Source: Ranitomeya imitator
Taxonomy: Eukaryota
Length of the DNA stretch: 64,000 bases
Direction: 5' to 3'
Assembly: GCF_032444005.1 (NCBI RefSeq)
Contig: NC_091286.1
Span: 45,136,001 to 45,200,000 of the forward strand
Of this stretch, positions 11,338 to 24,928 are shown in pieces. Numbering within the stretch: the first letter of the stretch is position 1; each line of letters opens with the position of its first letter. The notes below the pieces were generated by a model. It was given only the letters and a program-made list of their open reading frames with translations. It was not told where the DNA came from and did no database searches. The translations under genes and the position numbers were made by a program.

Positions 11338-12803
11338 TGTCACAAGGGTGTCACGTCTGTTATGACCTGGTGGTCAGGACAATAATGGACCTGGTGGTTA
11401 AGAGCACACGGAGTGACCTAATAGTTACTGATAATAAAGGACGAGCTCTGGGACGTGGGAACTCTGCTGACCGCAATCCCTAATCCTATCAAACACACTA
11501 GAAATAGCCGTGGATTGCGCCTAACGCTCCCTATGCAACTCGGCACAGCCTAAGGAACTAGCTAGCCCTGAAGATAGAAAAATAAAGCCTACCTTGCCTC
11601 AGAGAAATTCCCCAAAGGAAAAGGCAGCCCCCCACATATAATGACTGTGAGTAAAGATGAAAATACAAACACAGAGATGAAATAGATTTAGCAAAGTGAG
11701 GCCTGACTAACTGAACAGACCGAGGATAGGAAAGGTAACTTTGCGGTCAGCACAAAAACCTACAAAAAGACCACGCAGAGGGCGCAAAAAGACCCTCCGC
11801 ACCGACTCACGATGCGGAGGCGCTCCCTCTGCGTCCCAGAGCTTCCAGCAAGCAAGACAACAAAAAAATAGCAAGCTGCACAGAAAAATAGTAAACCAAA
11901 GAAATACAAGCTGGAACTTAGCTTCTGCTGGGAAGACAGGTCACAAGAACGATCCAGGAGTGAACAAGACCAATACTGGAACATTGACAGGTGGCCTGGA
12001 GCAAAGATCTAAGTGGAGTTAAATAGAGCAGCCAGCTAACGAATTAACCTCGTCACCTGAGGAAGGAAACTCAGAAACACCCACCAGAGGAAGTCCATGG
12101 ACAGAACCAGCCGAAGTACCATTCATGACCACAGGAGGGAGCCCGACAACAGAATTCACAACACACGTCCCCCTGGAAGACCTGGAGTTAGACAGTTATG
12201 TCGGGTAATGAATCGCAGGTCTTCCTTAGAGATTGTGTGATTTGTGTCCCATATTAAATGGGTTTATTTTCTTCTGGTGCTGAAGAGGTTAACAACCCTT
12301 TCTTTGGTGGTCAGAAACATTCAGCTCCACTTCAGCTGCATTTTATAGCTCTTTGTTTATAACCTCGTCAGCCCTTCTGTCCCTGCCAGTGAAAGATTTG
12401 TATTCCTGTGCTGTGTGCTAAAGCTAAGTGGTTAGAGTAGAGTTGTTGTACAGGTGTTCTGTGGTTTGATGTAGTATGTGTGTGTTTATCTCCTGGTCCC
12501 TTTTCCTATTTAGTTTATTCCTCCCTGTCCCTATCCTCCTCCCATTTGTTGGTTAGTGATGTTGTATGATAGAGGTTTTCTGTCATCCCTGTTTTGTCTT
12601 TGTGTTTTGTTTACTTTACATTTCTGTCCTATGCCTCATGGGATGGGGGAGGGGACAGATCAGAGTTTAACAGTAGCATAGTAAGGTCAGAAACTTGGCC
12701 TTTCTACCTTCAAGAGTGCCCTCAAGACAGGGATAGTTAGGGTCCCAGTTCCAGGGACAGTTTGAGGCCCCCCTTCCTTACCGAAGATCGCCACAGCGTG
12801 ACA
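11338..12803. mobile_element. Solo LTR (outer; about 650 bp without its insertion)
   Basis: TGTCAC...GTGACA termini and 5 bp TSD GCTGC (11333-11337, 12804-12808). Confidence 0.8.
11358..12163. mobile_element. Solo LTR (inner, 806 bp) nested 20 bp inside the outer LTR
   Basis: TGTTATGA...TCACAACA termini; CACGTC duplicated at 11352-11357 and 12164-12169 (a 4 bp CGTC TSD with end at 12165 is an alternative reading). Confidence 0.8.
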
Positions 12804-13628
12804 GCTGCACAGGGACAGCCATAGGGCTGCATATGACCCACAGGTCTCACTTTACCCAGGTCTGGTATATTAGATAAGGACACTAAAATATTATATTTGG
12901 GTTCCATATATTTCCATTTTCACATTATCCACTTGAGTACACATGCCATACATTGACATTTTTCTGTTTTCTGTGGCTAACTTTTCAGCTTTGCTGTACA
13001 TACCTGGACAGGGTAAGTTAGGGTCAGCTTTTTTTTTTATTTGTTCCTGTACATTGCACAGTTTAATGGAAAAAAAGTCAAACTTTTTAAATCTCTCATC
13101 GCTCCATCGCTGCCAGTCTATGGTCCTCTGGAAGTCTGTGTTTATATTGGCTGAAATTATGACATGCCATCCAGCCAATCACAACACGAACTTTTGTGTC
13201 ATACTTACTGGCATTGCTCCCATGGCCAGTGAATCATGATTGATGGTAATCATCACTCATGTACATTCTGCATAATATTTATATATTAGTGCATAATTAA
13301 ACAATTAAAACATTTACACAGAAAACTATATACGTAAACTTATTTTTTCTTTAACAAAATACAACATAAATATTAATGCATAAGTGCACTTACCCACACT
13401 CGTGCAGCACTAGCACATATAGGTTCAAAAATGTGTACTTTTTATGAGGGGGATGCGGCCATTTTTTTTTTAATTTTCACAATTTGCAATACTTGGGGAC
13501 TAACTATTTTTTTATTATGGGGCAACCAGTTAGGATTGAGTACAATGATTTATGTGCTTACAGTTCCACCCATCCAATTCTCGTCCATGGGACAGATGGT
13601 TCTTGTGAATTGTGCCACTGACTGTGGG

Positions 13629-14736
13629 CAGGGCCGGTATTAGCGGCAGGTAGACTAGGCAGCTGCCTAGGGCATCCGCTCCTCCTGAGGCCCCCAGCCA
13701 GTGGCGTGTCACTAATAGTGGCACACCACACAGGATTATGGGGCCCGTGAATCAGGGGGCCCACCCGGCACCAGCACTGATTCCCCCCATGCGCTGCATT
13801 CAACTATATCGGCATCAGTGTATATTTAAAATATGGAGGGCTATGAGGAGTATATTATACTATATGGAGGACTGAGGAGTGTATTATACTATATGGAGGA
13901 CTGAGGAGTGTATTATACTATATGGAGGACTATGGGGAGTATATAATACTATATGGAGGGCTGTGAGGAGTGTATTATACTATATGGAGGACTGAGGAGT
14001 GTATTATACTATATGGAGGACTGAGGAGTGTATTATACTATATGGAGGACTATAGGGAGTGTATTATACTATATGGAGGACTATGGGGAGTATATAATAC
14101 TATATGGAGGACTATGATGAATATATTATACTATCTGGAGGACCACGGGAGTGTATAATACTATATGGAGGACTGAGGAGTGTATTATACTATATGGAGG
14201 ACTGAGGAGTGTATTATACTATATGGAGGACTGAGGAGTGTATTTTACTATAAGGAGCACTATAGGGAGTCTATTATACTTTATGGAGGACTATAGGGAG
14301 TGTATTATACCATATGGAGGACTATGGTGCACATTATATTATATGGAGGACTATGGAGTGTATTATACTAAACAAGCAAAATGCTTCCTATTCATCGAGT
14401 GATTGGATTGTTTAGGCTGGAAAGAACATCATTGTTCTCAGCATTACGTCGCCAGGTAAAAACTGCAGATGTGCTGCTGATAACATGATACTGTATTGGG
14501 ACAGATTGATCTATTAGTGATTGTTCTGTCCCCATCATTGTTCATCAGCCAATGGAAAGAGGCCGGGAAACAAGCGTCCAACGACTTCAATATTGTCGAT
14601 CACACTCGTTTAGCGGCCTGAGATCAGTGCATGTAAATACAACCGAAATGCTTCTGTGTGATGTGCAATATGTCAGCATTTGGAGCCCCATTTTAAACGT
14701 TTGCCTAGGGCCTCATTTTGCCTAAAACCGGCCCTG
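13629..14736. mobile_element. Non-autonomous hAT-like transposon
   Basis: CAGGGCCGGT...ACCGGCCCTG TIRs and 8 bp TSD ACTGTGGG / ACTGCGGG (one mismatch). Confidence 0.8.
13826..14372. repeat. 29-31 bp minisatellite inside hAT element (TATTATACTATATGGAGGACTGAGGAGTG)n
   Basis: Direct tandem array with 29 bp and 31 bp variants. Confidence 0.95.
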
Positions 14737-15883
14737 ACTGCGGGTCCATGTAGTCAATCTGATAATGAGTGGTTAAATTCATAGCCAGCAAATTTTTGGA
14801 TCGTTGTTTCTTTCCAATGGAAATCTGTTCTATTGAAAAGACTAATTTTTTCAATAAATTAAAGATTCACAATGCCAAAATAAAATTGAACTGGTGTTTG
14901 CTTTGATTAGAATATTTTATATTTCTTTTTTTTTATTATATTTTTATTTATAGTTTTTACAGTTTTATATACTTTTTTGTTTTATTTTTAACAAAAGTTT
15001 TAGAATAAAATATATTTGGAGACAGAGCAATATATTATGTCTGGCACATTGTCAATGTTATTGTTCTACCCGGTTCAGAGGTTAACTAATAGCTATCTGG
15101 GACAATAATATTTTGCTATGGACTCTGATAAACCTACAATTTTTGTCTATGTGATTGTGTCATTTTACATCAGCTGGAACGTTTGCGCCTCTCAGTTACA
15201 GCTGGAAAACATTGACAAATAGCCTTATTTTTTTTTCCATTTTTCTTGCACTCATGAGGGTATTGATGTCATGTATTAAATTCTTGGCAGCAACTAAATG
15301 TTCGAAAAAATTGTTACCCAAAAGGATCAAATTGACACAGGTCATTAGTCATAGAAATCCACACTGGGCACACATTTTTGCAAAGATTTTTTGACAGGCG
15401 GAGAAACCATATACAGAATCTGATATACCTTGTTATTATAGGGACACAAGCCATAATGTTTAACTTGAGACATCAACTTAAGAGCTAATTTAGGAACAAA
15501 AAAAATAACATAAACCATAATTTTCTGCTCATGGTCACTTTTTTCACTGAGGTCTACTAAATTCTATAAAGTATTTCACTTTGTAAGAACTTAGGGACCA
15601 TTTACATGGGTTGATAAAATTCCCACAACTAGCACCAATCGACAATATAGGAAGTCAATCGGAGCTCAATTATTTAATGGGAATCCGACAGCTGATTAAT
15701 GCTGCCCAAACCAAGGGCAGCACAAATCAGAGGCCCATTCACAACTGTGTATTGCTACAGTATTTCAGAGGAAACTTGCCTTTAAAAGCGGCATCATTCT
15801 CGGGCTAGGAAAACATACATTGCTACAACACCTGCTGCCCATTGTTCAGGCAGCATTAATCACTTGTCAGGTTCCCTTTAGAA

Positions 15884-16063
15884 ATAATCATAGAATGTTA
15901 GATTTGGAAGGGACCTCCGGGGTCGTCGTCTCCAACCCCCTGCTCAATGCAGGATTCAGTATACCATCTCAGACAGACATCTGTCCAGCCTTTGTTTGAA
16001 GGCTTCCATTGAAGGAGAGCTCACCACCTCTAGTGGCCACCTGTTCCACTCATTGATCACCCT
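15884..16063 (-). mobile_element. CR1 LINE 3' end fragment
   Basis: Plus-strand AATCATAGAATG..TTGGAAGGGACCTCC is the reverse of the CR1 (ATTCTRTG)n tail and 3' UTR. Confidence 0.7.
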
Positions 16064-16065
16064 CA

Positions 16066-16591
16066 GGCTATGTGCACACGTCCGGAATTGCCGCCGAAAT
16101 TTCCGCGGCAATTCCGGAACCCCCTGCCACGGGAAAAATGCATGCAGAATTGGCTAAACACTAGCGTTTTACAAGCGTAATTAGCTTGCAGAATGCTAGC
16201 GTTTTCCAAGCGATCTGTAGCATCACTTGGAAAACTGATTGAGAGGTTTATTACACTTGTCAAACATAGTGTTTGACAAGTGTGACCAATATTTTACTAT
16301 TGAAGTTGCCTATGCAGCATCAATAGTAAAAAGATATAATGTTAAAAATAATTAAAAAAATAAAAAAATTGTGATATTCTCACCTTCTGGCGGCCCCCGC
16401 AGCCTTCCCGATGCTCGTTATGCTCCCGTTTCCAGTAATGCATTGCGAGAATGGCCGTTGATGACCTGTGATATCTTGAAATCCCATCGACTATGCTGTA
16501 ACATCTGGCCGCTGCGGGTTGGATGCTGCGGATGTACGCAGCGTCCAACCCACAGCGTTTACTGGCTGTGGGAACATGTGTGAATGGAGCT
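16066..16591. mobile_element. Degenerate MITE (GGCTATGTGCACAC-type TIR, PIF/Harbinger-like)
   Basis: Left end resembles TIR of 44499-45608; right end weak; no TSD confirmed. Confidence 0.4.
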
Positions 16592-19261
16592 TTAGACATA
16601 TTGCAGGTTATATTTTTAAGGTTAACAAAAATAATGTGATCTGTGGTACGTGAGAAAATGACCACTAGTGGTTTGCTCAATGTGTGTGTATCTAGTTGGC
16701 AATTATCAGGAATGATCATTCATACAAATGATTTCTTGGGTGATTATTTCAAGGCTCATGCAGATGATCATATTTTCAGTCTCAGTGGCTCGAACTTGGA
16801 TCAATGTTATTTTATGACTGCAGCGTCCGGTCTGTTGTCAGCTTAGTAATAAGCCGGCAGCAGAGTGATGTCACCACACCCTGCAGAGACCAGTGATGTC
16901 ACCTGCGGGGACGGCCTATCTCTCGCTCTTTCTTTAGCTCCAACACAAATCCACTCTGGTCAGCTTCCCCCAGCTGACTGACTAAGGTGAACCCCCAGAC
17001 TGTTTATGTGTAGAGCCAGCCGGGGAAAAAAATTAGAGCCTAAAGTGCTAGCATTTAAACCTAGCCTACCTGAGTTCACTACAAACCTTAAATATTAGGT
17101 TTTGCTATTGGGTAGAGAAGTCAGACGTTCCGGGGTCAGTACCAAGAGAGCATGTAGTAAACTAAGGGAAAAGACAAATGCGTAAGTCAGGTCACATTCC
17201 AGGGTCAAAATAGCAGAGAAATAGTGGATAAGCAAAGGGGCAGTAGCAAACGGGTAGTCAGAACACGGTCCAAAGGTCAGCAGCAGAAGATCAGAACTTA
17301 CAGAACAGGAATCACACCAGAGAGCATAAGATTTTGACTGGTAGTAATCTGGTCTAGACAGCTCACCTAAATACCAGGGCAATTACTAAGAACAGGGAGA
17401 AGCTGGAGGAATCTCTGCACGTCCCAGTGTCAACTGATCTGTCAATCAAAGCACTGACAGCTCTGTACGCCCCAGCACAGGATTGGATGACAGATCTGTC
17501 CATCAATGAGTCCAAGAGACTCTGGACGGAGGAATCATAATATTTCTCCATAGACACTACAATGAGTGCACAATTAGTACAGGTCTCATGGAATGGACCT
17601 TGTACACACAACCAATGTTTCTCTCTTCCAAGAGAATCAAATCAATTATGGTAATGACACTCATCTCAAACTCTGATCAGAGTTTGAGCGAAAATGTCAG
17701 TTTACTGTGATCCAATTCTCTCGAATAAGAGAATTGTATCACAGGTGTAGGGAAGAACTTAATTTCTCCATCTTCTTCATTGTCTGTGTCCGCATAAATC
17801 GGACTGCACTCAGATGTCATCATTCTCGCATTTAGTCGCAGCATGATGCGATTGTTTTTGCATGCCGTATCGATGCGTGCTGCCCTATAGTTTAACATTG
17901 GGCATCGCAAGCATTTATGAATCGGGAGAGTCTGACTCCACCAAGCCCCTTATCGAGACCAGCAGGTAAATTGCCAACCTTGATGAATCGGGGCCAAGGT
18001 CTTTCTTTTTGGAATTACCCAACAGTGGAAGGATAGCAATATTAAAATGCCTGCTCTGGTGCCCAGTTTCCATCTATGTAACCACCTAATTGAATTTCCT
18101 TTGAACTTTCTTCTGATAGAATATTAAAAAAGTGTGAACAGGAATTACCGGCAATGTGCATTTTATTATCCCAAAGCCTTGTGGCTACAGGTAGACATAC
18201 TGATGATAATCCTCAATTAGAGAAATGCTGTAAACCAACATGCCACACCCCAAGGAGGTCACCAATTGCTTTTCCCAGCAGACGCCTCCCCCCAATATTG
18301 TATTGTAAAAGGATTATCACACCTCATCAACAGTGACAGTGGGACAGTGGTGTTACACAATGGGACTGAAGAAAGGAGAAAGGTGTGAATGGCTTTGACC
18401 CAGATAATGGCTTATACAGTACAAGCCAATTTACTGGCACATTCCCAGAAACTGCATTAAGTCTTAGAAAACAAATATTCTTTGTACATTCTTTACTTAC
18501 GCTTCTGTGACACAAATGTGAAAAAAAGATTTGCACTGATTTTTTTTTGTATCATTAGAGCACACAGAGAATAGATGAAGACGTGATAGTATATCTGTAT
18601 CTATGCCTTCCCCGAGGATCCAACTCGTTCCACAGACACTGTAGACCTTATATTCTGTCTTGTTCCCGCACATTTTTTATTCCAGTACAAGTGCCTGAAC
18701 AGACTCCTCCAAACTCCTATTTCTGTGCACGTGACCTAAAACATCCTGTGCACCTTGGAGAGGCAGTATACTGTATAGCAGAGCAAATCTCAGAACAGGA
18801 AGCTACGTGTATTCTAATCATTGTACAGTAGATAAAAAAGTCAACACTTCCAAGTTAAAATGTCAGGTTTTTGTCATGTAAAAAAATCATAACAAGACAA
18901 ATCATTTCAGAACTTTTTCATCTTTAATGTCACCGATAATTTGTAGAAATATAATGAAAAAAAAAAAAGAATAATTTTAAGTGTGAAAACAAAAATAGCA
19001 ATACTAAAATAATGTGGTTGCTTATACCTGTAATTAGGGATCTCTTTATATTCAGAATGAGCCAATCACTTTTAAACTGATGTTACATAGTAGTCAGTGC
19101 AGAGCTGCCATCATTTACAGTGATTCTGATGAACCCCATGTAAAGTTGACCTTTTCTAGTAGGATTTTTCAAGACATTTTCTTAGTTGCATTTTACAGCA
19201 AAAAACATAGTTGATAAACAGCCTTCAACACAGCAAAGGGATCTCATTGTTGAAAGTGATT

Positions 19262-19470
19262 AGTCAGGAGATGGGAGAAAAAAAAACCCCAAGGCATTAG
19301 ATATACCATGGAGCACTGTGAAAATGGTCATCAAGAAATGGCTTAAATTTGGCCAAACAGTGACATTACCTAGAAATTGACATACCTCAAAGAGTGATGA
19401 AATAACAAGAAGAAAATTGGTCAGTGAGGCTACCAAAAGGCCTACAGCAACAGTAAAGGAGCTGCAGTAA
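19262..19470 (+). mobile_element. Tc1 transposase N-terminal (HTH) pseudogenic fragment
   Basis: Translates to KALDIPWSTVKMVIKKWLKFGQTVTLPRN*HTSKSDEITRRKLVSEATKRPTATVKELQ*. Confidence 0.75.
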
Positions 19471-20072
19471 TTTCGGGCACGTACTGGTTGTGTTCTGCAT
19501 GTGACACGCATGTCACGCACTCACCATGCTTGTTATATAGTCTCACTCTCACCTCTCGTGGCAGAAATGCCTTCCAGTAGCTTGTTTCTGGCAAATTATG
19601 CACTATTGTGCCTTTTTATTCGGCTACAACATATCAGTCCTTCACAGCTGTGTAGTAATGAAATATGAGGGTAGTTAAAGCTACATAATATTTTGATAGG
19701 GTTCATTTCAAAGGTTAATAGACAAGTAACTTTAGTACTAATGTGCAGGCATCAATCTCCTCCATCTAGTCATTCTTGGGTCAGTGTGTAAATCTCTGAG
19801 TTTTGTTCTCCAGCTACAAATATGAAGGATGTAAAAACCTTCACCACAAAAAGGTTAAACATTGGATTAGGACATTCTCAACATTAAACTCGTATTACAA
19901 CCTGGCCACTAAAACCACCAATCATACAGCAACACCCATGACATAGGATACTATGAAGAACTGGCCTAGAGCTGGCCACCAAGGTTCTTTGTGCAATTTT
20001 ATAGTCTTCACGAGATGATATTATCTCATTGGCTTTGTTACTTTCCTTCATCTCATATTTCCATTTATATAA

Positions 20073-20145
20073 TACATAGTTATTAAGGTTGAAGGAAGAC
20101 TTTAAGTCCGTCTAGTTCAACCCATAGCCTAACCTAACATGCCCT
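20073..20145 (-). mobile_element. Short CR1 3' end fragment
   Basis: Reverse complement reads ...GTCTTCCTTCAACCTTAATAACTATGT, like the 3' end of the CR1 at 29301-29836. Confidence 0.5.
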
Positions 20146-21977
20146 GAGGTTATGCTCTCCAGTGTGGTAGTGAAAGTGATGCTAGAACTGATCCCATAAC
20201 TTTCTAGAGTCATCTAGTTGATCATTTGTTCCATCTGATTGGTCCTAGAGTAGGACTCATGAACAAACTGTACAACTTTTACGTCAGTTCTGCCTAGGGT
20301 TGTCAAACTGGCTGATAAACTCTTATCACAACCAGTATTCACACTTGGAGGTTGGTAAAAGTAAAATATTTTTACTCTCAATATCAAATGCAGGTATTTT
20401 TGCATAAAAAAACTGTGTGTTTGCAGTCAAGTTACTTACCGTCAGAATATGTCAGGCCATCCGGCTGAAGTATCAAGATTAGGCCAAGTGTGGGATTGGC
20501 ACAAGTGGTTTTTCTAATGGGCAGAGCAACAGAGAGCTAAACTGTCCACTGCCAACCTACACAGCCCCGTGAATGGAAACCAGAGGAATAGAGATGGGCA
20601 AATCAATTTGAGGCGAGTTGAATTCACCTCAAATTCCACCCAACTCATGCATCACGAGAATCCAACAAAATATTGGTTGGTTGATTGCCATTTTTCTGGC
20701 TTCAAAAGGGCCAGAAAGGAGTTAAAAAACAACTAAACATTTACTCGTCACTCAACGGCAATCAACTTCTCTGTGCAGCTCCTCTCCCAATCCTCACAGT
20801 TCTGGTCCAGCCGTCTTCACTTGTCCTATCTGGTCTTCAGTTTTTCCAATGGGCGAAGAGCTGCAGAAAGAAGTTGAGAGCCTTCGAATTCGAATTGAAT
20901 AAATTTGATGGAAATTGCAAATTTGAATTTTTGCAGAACTGCTCCTTCCTACAGTGGAGTGAGTATGCTCATTTAGGGTGGGTTCAACACTTGCTTTGCG
21001 GTTTCCTTCCTTTTGGTCTCTGTAATATCGCCAAACGTTGTAAAACCCTTTTTTACTGTTGCATGAAAGAGCTCATTCTAACTCTTCTGGGAAAGGATCC
21101 TATACCACTAAAGTTTCTCTGACAGGAAAAAAAAATCCACGGATATGTGTAATACAAATAAACACGAGAGCTACCAGAAATATCCAAAATGCTGGATATT
21201 GTCGATACTTTGGTTATTTCCCTAAAACAAGCAGCGTAACGGGCAATGTCATGCACATGGTATTACATTTCATTGGATATTAATTATTTTGCATGCTTTT
21301 TCCATGTCGTTACAGTTTATGTTTGGAAAGCCTTCACATGTTCTGTTATAGAGCAGGCTGATTTCTAGTGACAGGAAGTAGCTGAAAAAGTCAAGAGGTT
21401 TTTTTTTCAAGAAAGGCTAAAATCTGTCAGGCATTTTCTAATTTAGGGTGACATATGAATTCACTTTGTTCTGGGTGTCCCAAGACGGTCTACATACACA
21501 TGGAAGTATTTAGAGAGAATCTGTCACAAGATGACAACTTCACTTTATATGGAACTCTGTTCTCCTGGATGTAGGAATACAAGCTCCCTCCGTCAGTGCA
21601 GGTATGGTACAGACTCCTGCCCAAACGTAAGGCATTAGAGTTCCTGTGTCATGCTATCTCCTATAATTGTAATTAAAGATTCTCTTTATAGTAACATTTA
21701 GCTGTGAAAGAAAATCATGTTTAGTTGGGAACATGTCGAAATTCCATTTTTGAAGGGATTTTTGGCCACTCAGAGAGGTTTTATACAATATTAAATGGGA
21801 GTTTTGACCTCTTCATAGTGGATCCAATATTCTCAAACTTCACTTGTAAGATATCAACACCAGAGAATAGACATATCTACCATATACCCAAAAGTCTTGC
21901 TATGCTAGAAAGGACTGGCCTTCGCTGGGGCATCTATTAAAAAAACCCTTACTGTTTTTTTCTTCTTTTTATACCCC

Positions 21978-22410
21978 AAATGGTCTCTCTTTCTGTTCTT
22001 CTCTCCCTTTCATGACATCAATGGTCTCTCTTTCTGTTCTTCTCTCCTTTTCATTCTATCAATAGTCTCTCTTTCTGTTCTCTCCTTTTAATTCCATCAT
22101 TGGTCTCTCTTTCTGTTCTTCTCTCCCTTTCATTCCATCAATGGTCTCTCTTTCTGTTCTTCTCTCCTTTTCATTCCATCATCGGTATCTCTTTCTATTC
22201 TTCTCTCCGTTTCATTCCTTCAATGATCTCACTTCCTGTTCTTCTCTCCCTTTCATTCCACCAATTCCTCACTTCCTGTTCTTCTCTCCTTTTCATTCCA
22301 CCAATGGTCTCGTTTCTATCATTTTCTCTTTTTCATTCCACCAATGGTCTCACATTCTGCTCCTCTATCATTTTCATTCCATCAATCGTCTCACTTGCTG
22401 TTCTTCTTTC
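21978..22410. repeat. About 41 bp pyrimidine-rich minisatellite (ATGGTCTCTCTTTCTGTTCTTCTCTCCTTTTCATTCCATCA)n
   Basis: About 10 diverged tandem units. Confidence 0.9.
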
Positions 22411-23570
22411 CCTTTTAATTTTTGTCTCTCTCTCTCTCCCTCTTTATACATTCTTCCTTGACTTCCCTGCTATGTTTTTTATATGAAGGAGTATTTGAGC
22501 CACACAAATTTATCACCTACTGGATAGGCATTTGATATTAGATTGGTAACTACACCTGAAATCTGCATAGAATTCTAGAATCTTTGGGAATGCGCATTAC
22601 TTCCTTAGAGTTTGAACATAGTGGCAATCACACTTGATTAAGCAATTGATTATTCAAACACCTACTTGCCCCAGTCGTGCAGAACAGATTTTTATTTTCA
22701 TCATCTCTATGGAGTTTCAATGGAACATGAGCGCACAAGGTTGAACAACTCCTCAATAAAGCTCCTTATCAACAGGGCCATGGTGGAATACTATTTTATG
22801 ATTCAATTGCTACAAACCTGTCTATCAAAGCCCCATCAGTCTAACATTTTACAACTATTTGATGCATAAGTGATACACAAAGCAATTGCTGGGATCCTGT
22901 CAATCACAAATTCCCAAGATCCTGTCCACCGAACGCCGATTGATGCAACATTTTGTGGCTAAGTGGTACATTTTATAGATGGAATACCTCTGTAAGCCTT
23001 GAACCTCTTTTTCTCGAATGGTCTTCTTCTTTTGCTTCTTCCTCATCATTTGTTTTTTTCCTGATTCGATTCCACATGAGTATTTGGGTACTATATGTAT
23101 AACCCAATTACATAATATAATTTTTTTAACTTGTTCTAAAAAGTTTTTTAAAATACTTTGAGCACGTTTGCTCAACTTAGTTTTTGACACATGATAAAGC
23201 ATAATAATTAATTGACCATTCTAGGTTTTAATGGTCTGGCCCTCAATCTTTTATTGTGCCTGCAACTATATCTATTTTCTTATTATTTACGAGGCTGCTT
23301 AATCCTCTTGTTTTAATAATCCTACAATGTATTGTGGTCATTCCAAAACTTTCCTATGACACAAGTTCTAAAAAACACTTTTGAGTTGTCAAACTTACCA
23401 GTTATCTTAGGAAGTTATTGCTTGATTCTAAAAAGGCTCATCTTCAGAAGAGTTACATTCCTTCTATTTGGGTGAAAAAATTAAGATTAAAAAATAAATG
23501 CAAAAAAAATAAAGCAAATTAAAATCTACTTTTTAAATTCAAAGGTACTTTAACCGGTTAAAGATGAAGA

Positions 23571-23604
<34 letters not shown>

Positions 23605-24727
23605 TTTGGTACTGCCTTGTCCATAAAAGTCCAAACTATGAAAATGTAAAATTATTTAACCCGTACAATAAATGTAAAAAATTCAAAATGATAATTTTTT
23701 GGGTCACTGCATCTCTCACAAGCAATGCAATAAAAAGTCATATATACCCCAAACTATCAATAAAAGCAACAGATCAGCTGCAAAAAAAAGTTCACCTACA
23801 GCTCCATCTTAAGAAAAATAAAAAAGTTAGAGGTCCCGAAAAATGGTAACAAAAAAATAATTTTTTATTTATAAAGAATATTTAAGCCTCTAAAATAATA
23901 AAATAAAGTGTAAGTTTGATATTTTCCTTAATTGTACCAATCTGGAGAATCATGCTGCCAGGTGATCTTTACCTCACAATGAAGAACCTAAGAGAGAAAC
24001 TAAAAAAACAATGGTGAAATTGAGTTGCTTTTTTTTAACCACTTGACCACACTTGGAATATTTTTTACATTTTTCCATACATTATATATTATAGTGAACG
24101 GTGTCCTTCAAACCTACAGCTTGTTTTGCGAGAGAAACACTCATATAGCTATGTCGACAGAAAATATAAAAGTTGCAGGTCATTGAAGAAGGGGAGGAAA
24201 AAAATATACTCCAAAAATGAAGACAAAACCCTTATTTGAATTACAATAATACAACTTGTTGTTTTTCCAATGATATCTTTGTTACAAAAACCCTAATTTT
24301 TTACTGTGTTTTCAATGAATTGGTTGTTTATTGAAATATTGATGTTACATTTTTGACTTGTGTTTTTTACTTTTTTACTTGTTGATAGTTATATTTTATT
24401 TCATAGATCCAGTATTGGACTTTTCCATAAATGCCACAATACACATCTTATTTCTGAAAAGTGTAAGAAAAACGTAATTTGAAGCCTTGTTATAAATACA
24501 TACAGACTTTGACATGTTGAGAAATTTCCCTGCATAATATGAGAGATCCTGGCTTACCTCCAGCATTGTAGAGGATTCCACACTTCTTCTGAAATGCCAC
24601 CGCTTAGTTAAAAAAGGAACTTTTATCAAATTTTTCATGTTGAAGTGAACACACAATGTAATTGTAGTTGCAGAGCAGAATAAAAAAAATGAGTTTCTTT
24701 TTTTTAAAAAAACTTTCCTTTTTCTTA

Positions 24728-24928
24728 GGCCGGGGTAACAATTGCAACTGCAATGCGAGAAACTCGCGTGAGTCTCTCGCATCAATACCCGACACTGCCA
24801 TCAACGGTTCGGACCGTTCAGCTGCATAGAAATACATGCAGCCGCATGCTCCGGTCCCAAGTGCCGGGTATTGAGGCGAGAGACTCGCACGAGTTTCTCA
24901 CATTGCAGTTGCAAGTCTGACCCCGGCC
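24728..24928. mobile_element. Fold-back MITE, PIF/Harbinger-like
   Basis: TTA|GGCCGGGG...CCCCGGCC|TTA; nearly the whole 201 bp is an imperfect inverted repeat; 3 bp TTA TSD. Confidence 0.85.

Noticed and set aside
23560-24250. AT-rich stretch resembling 54060-54800
   Set aside because: Probably old copies of one non-autonomous transposon family, but no ends or TSD could be defined, so not called.
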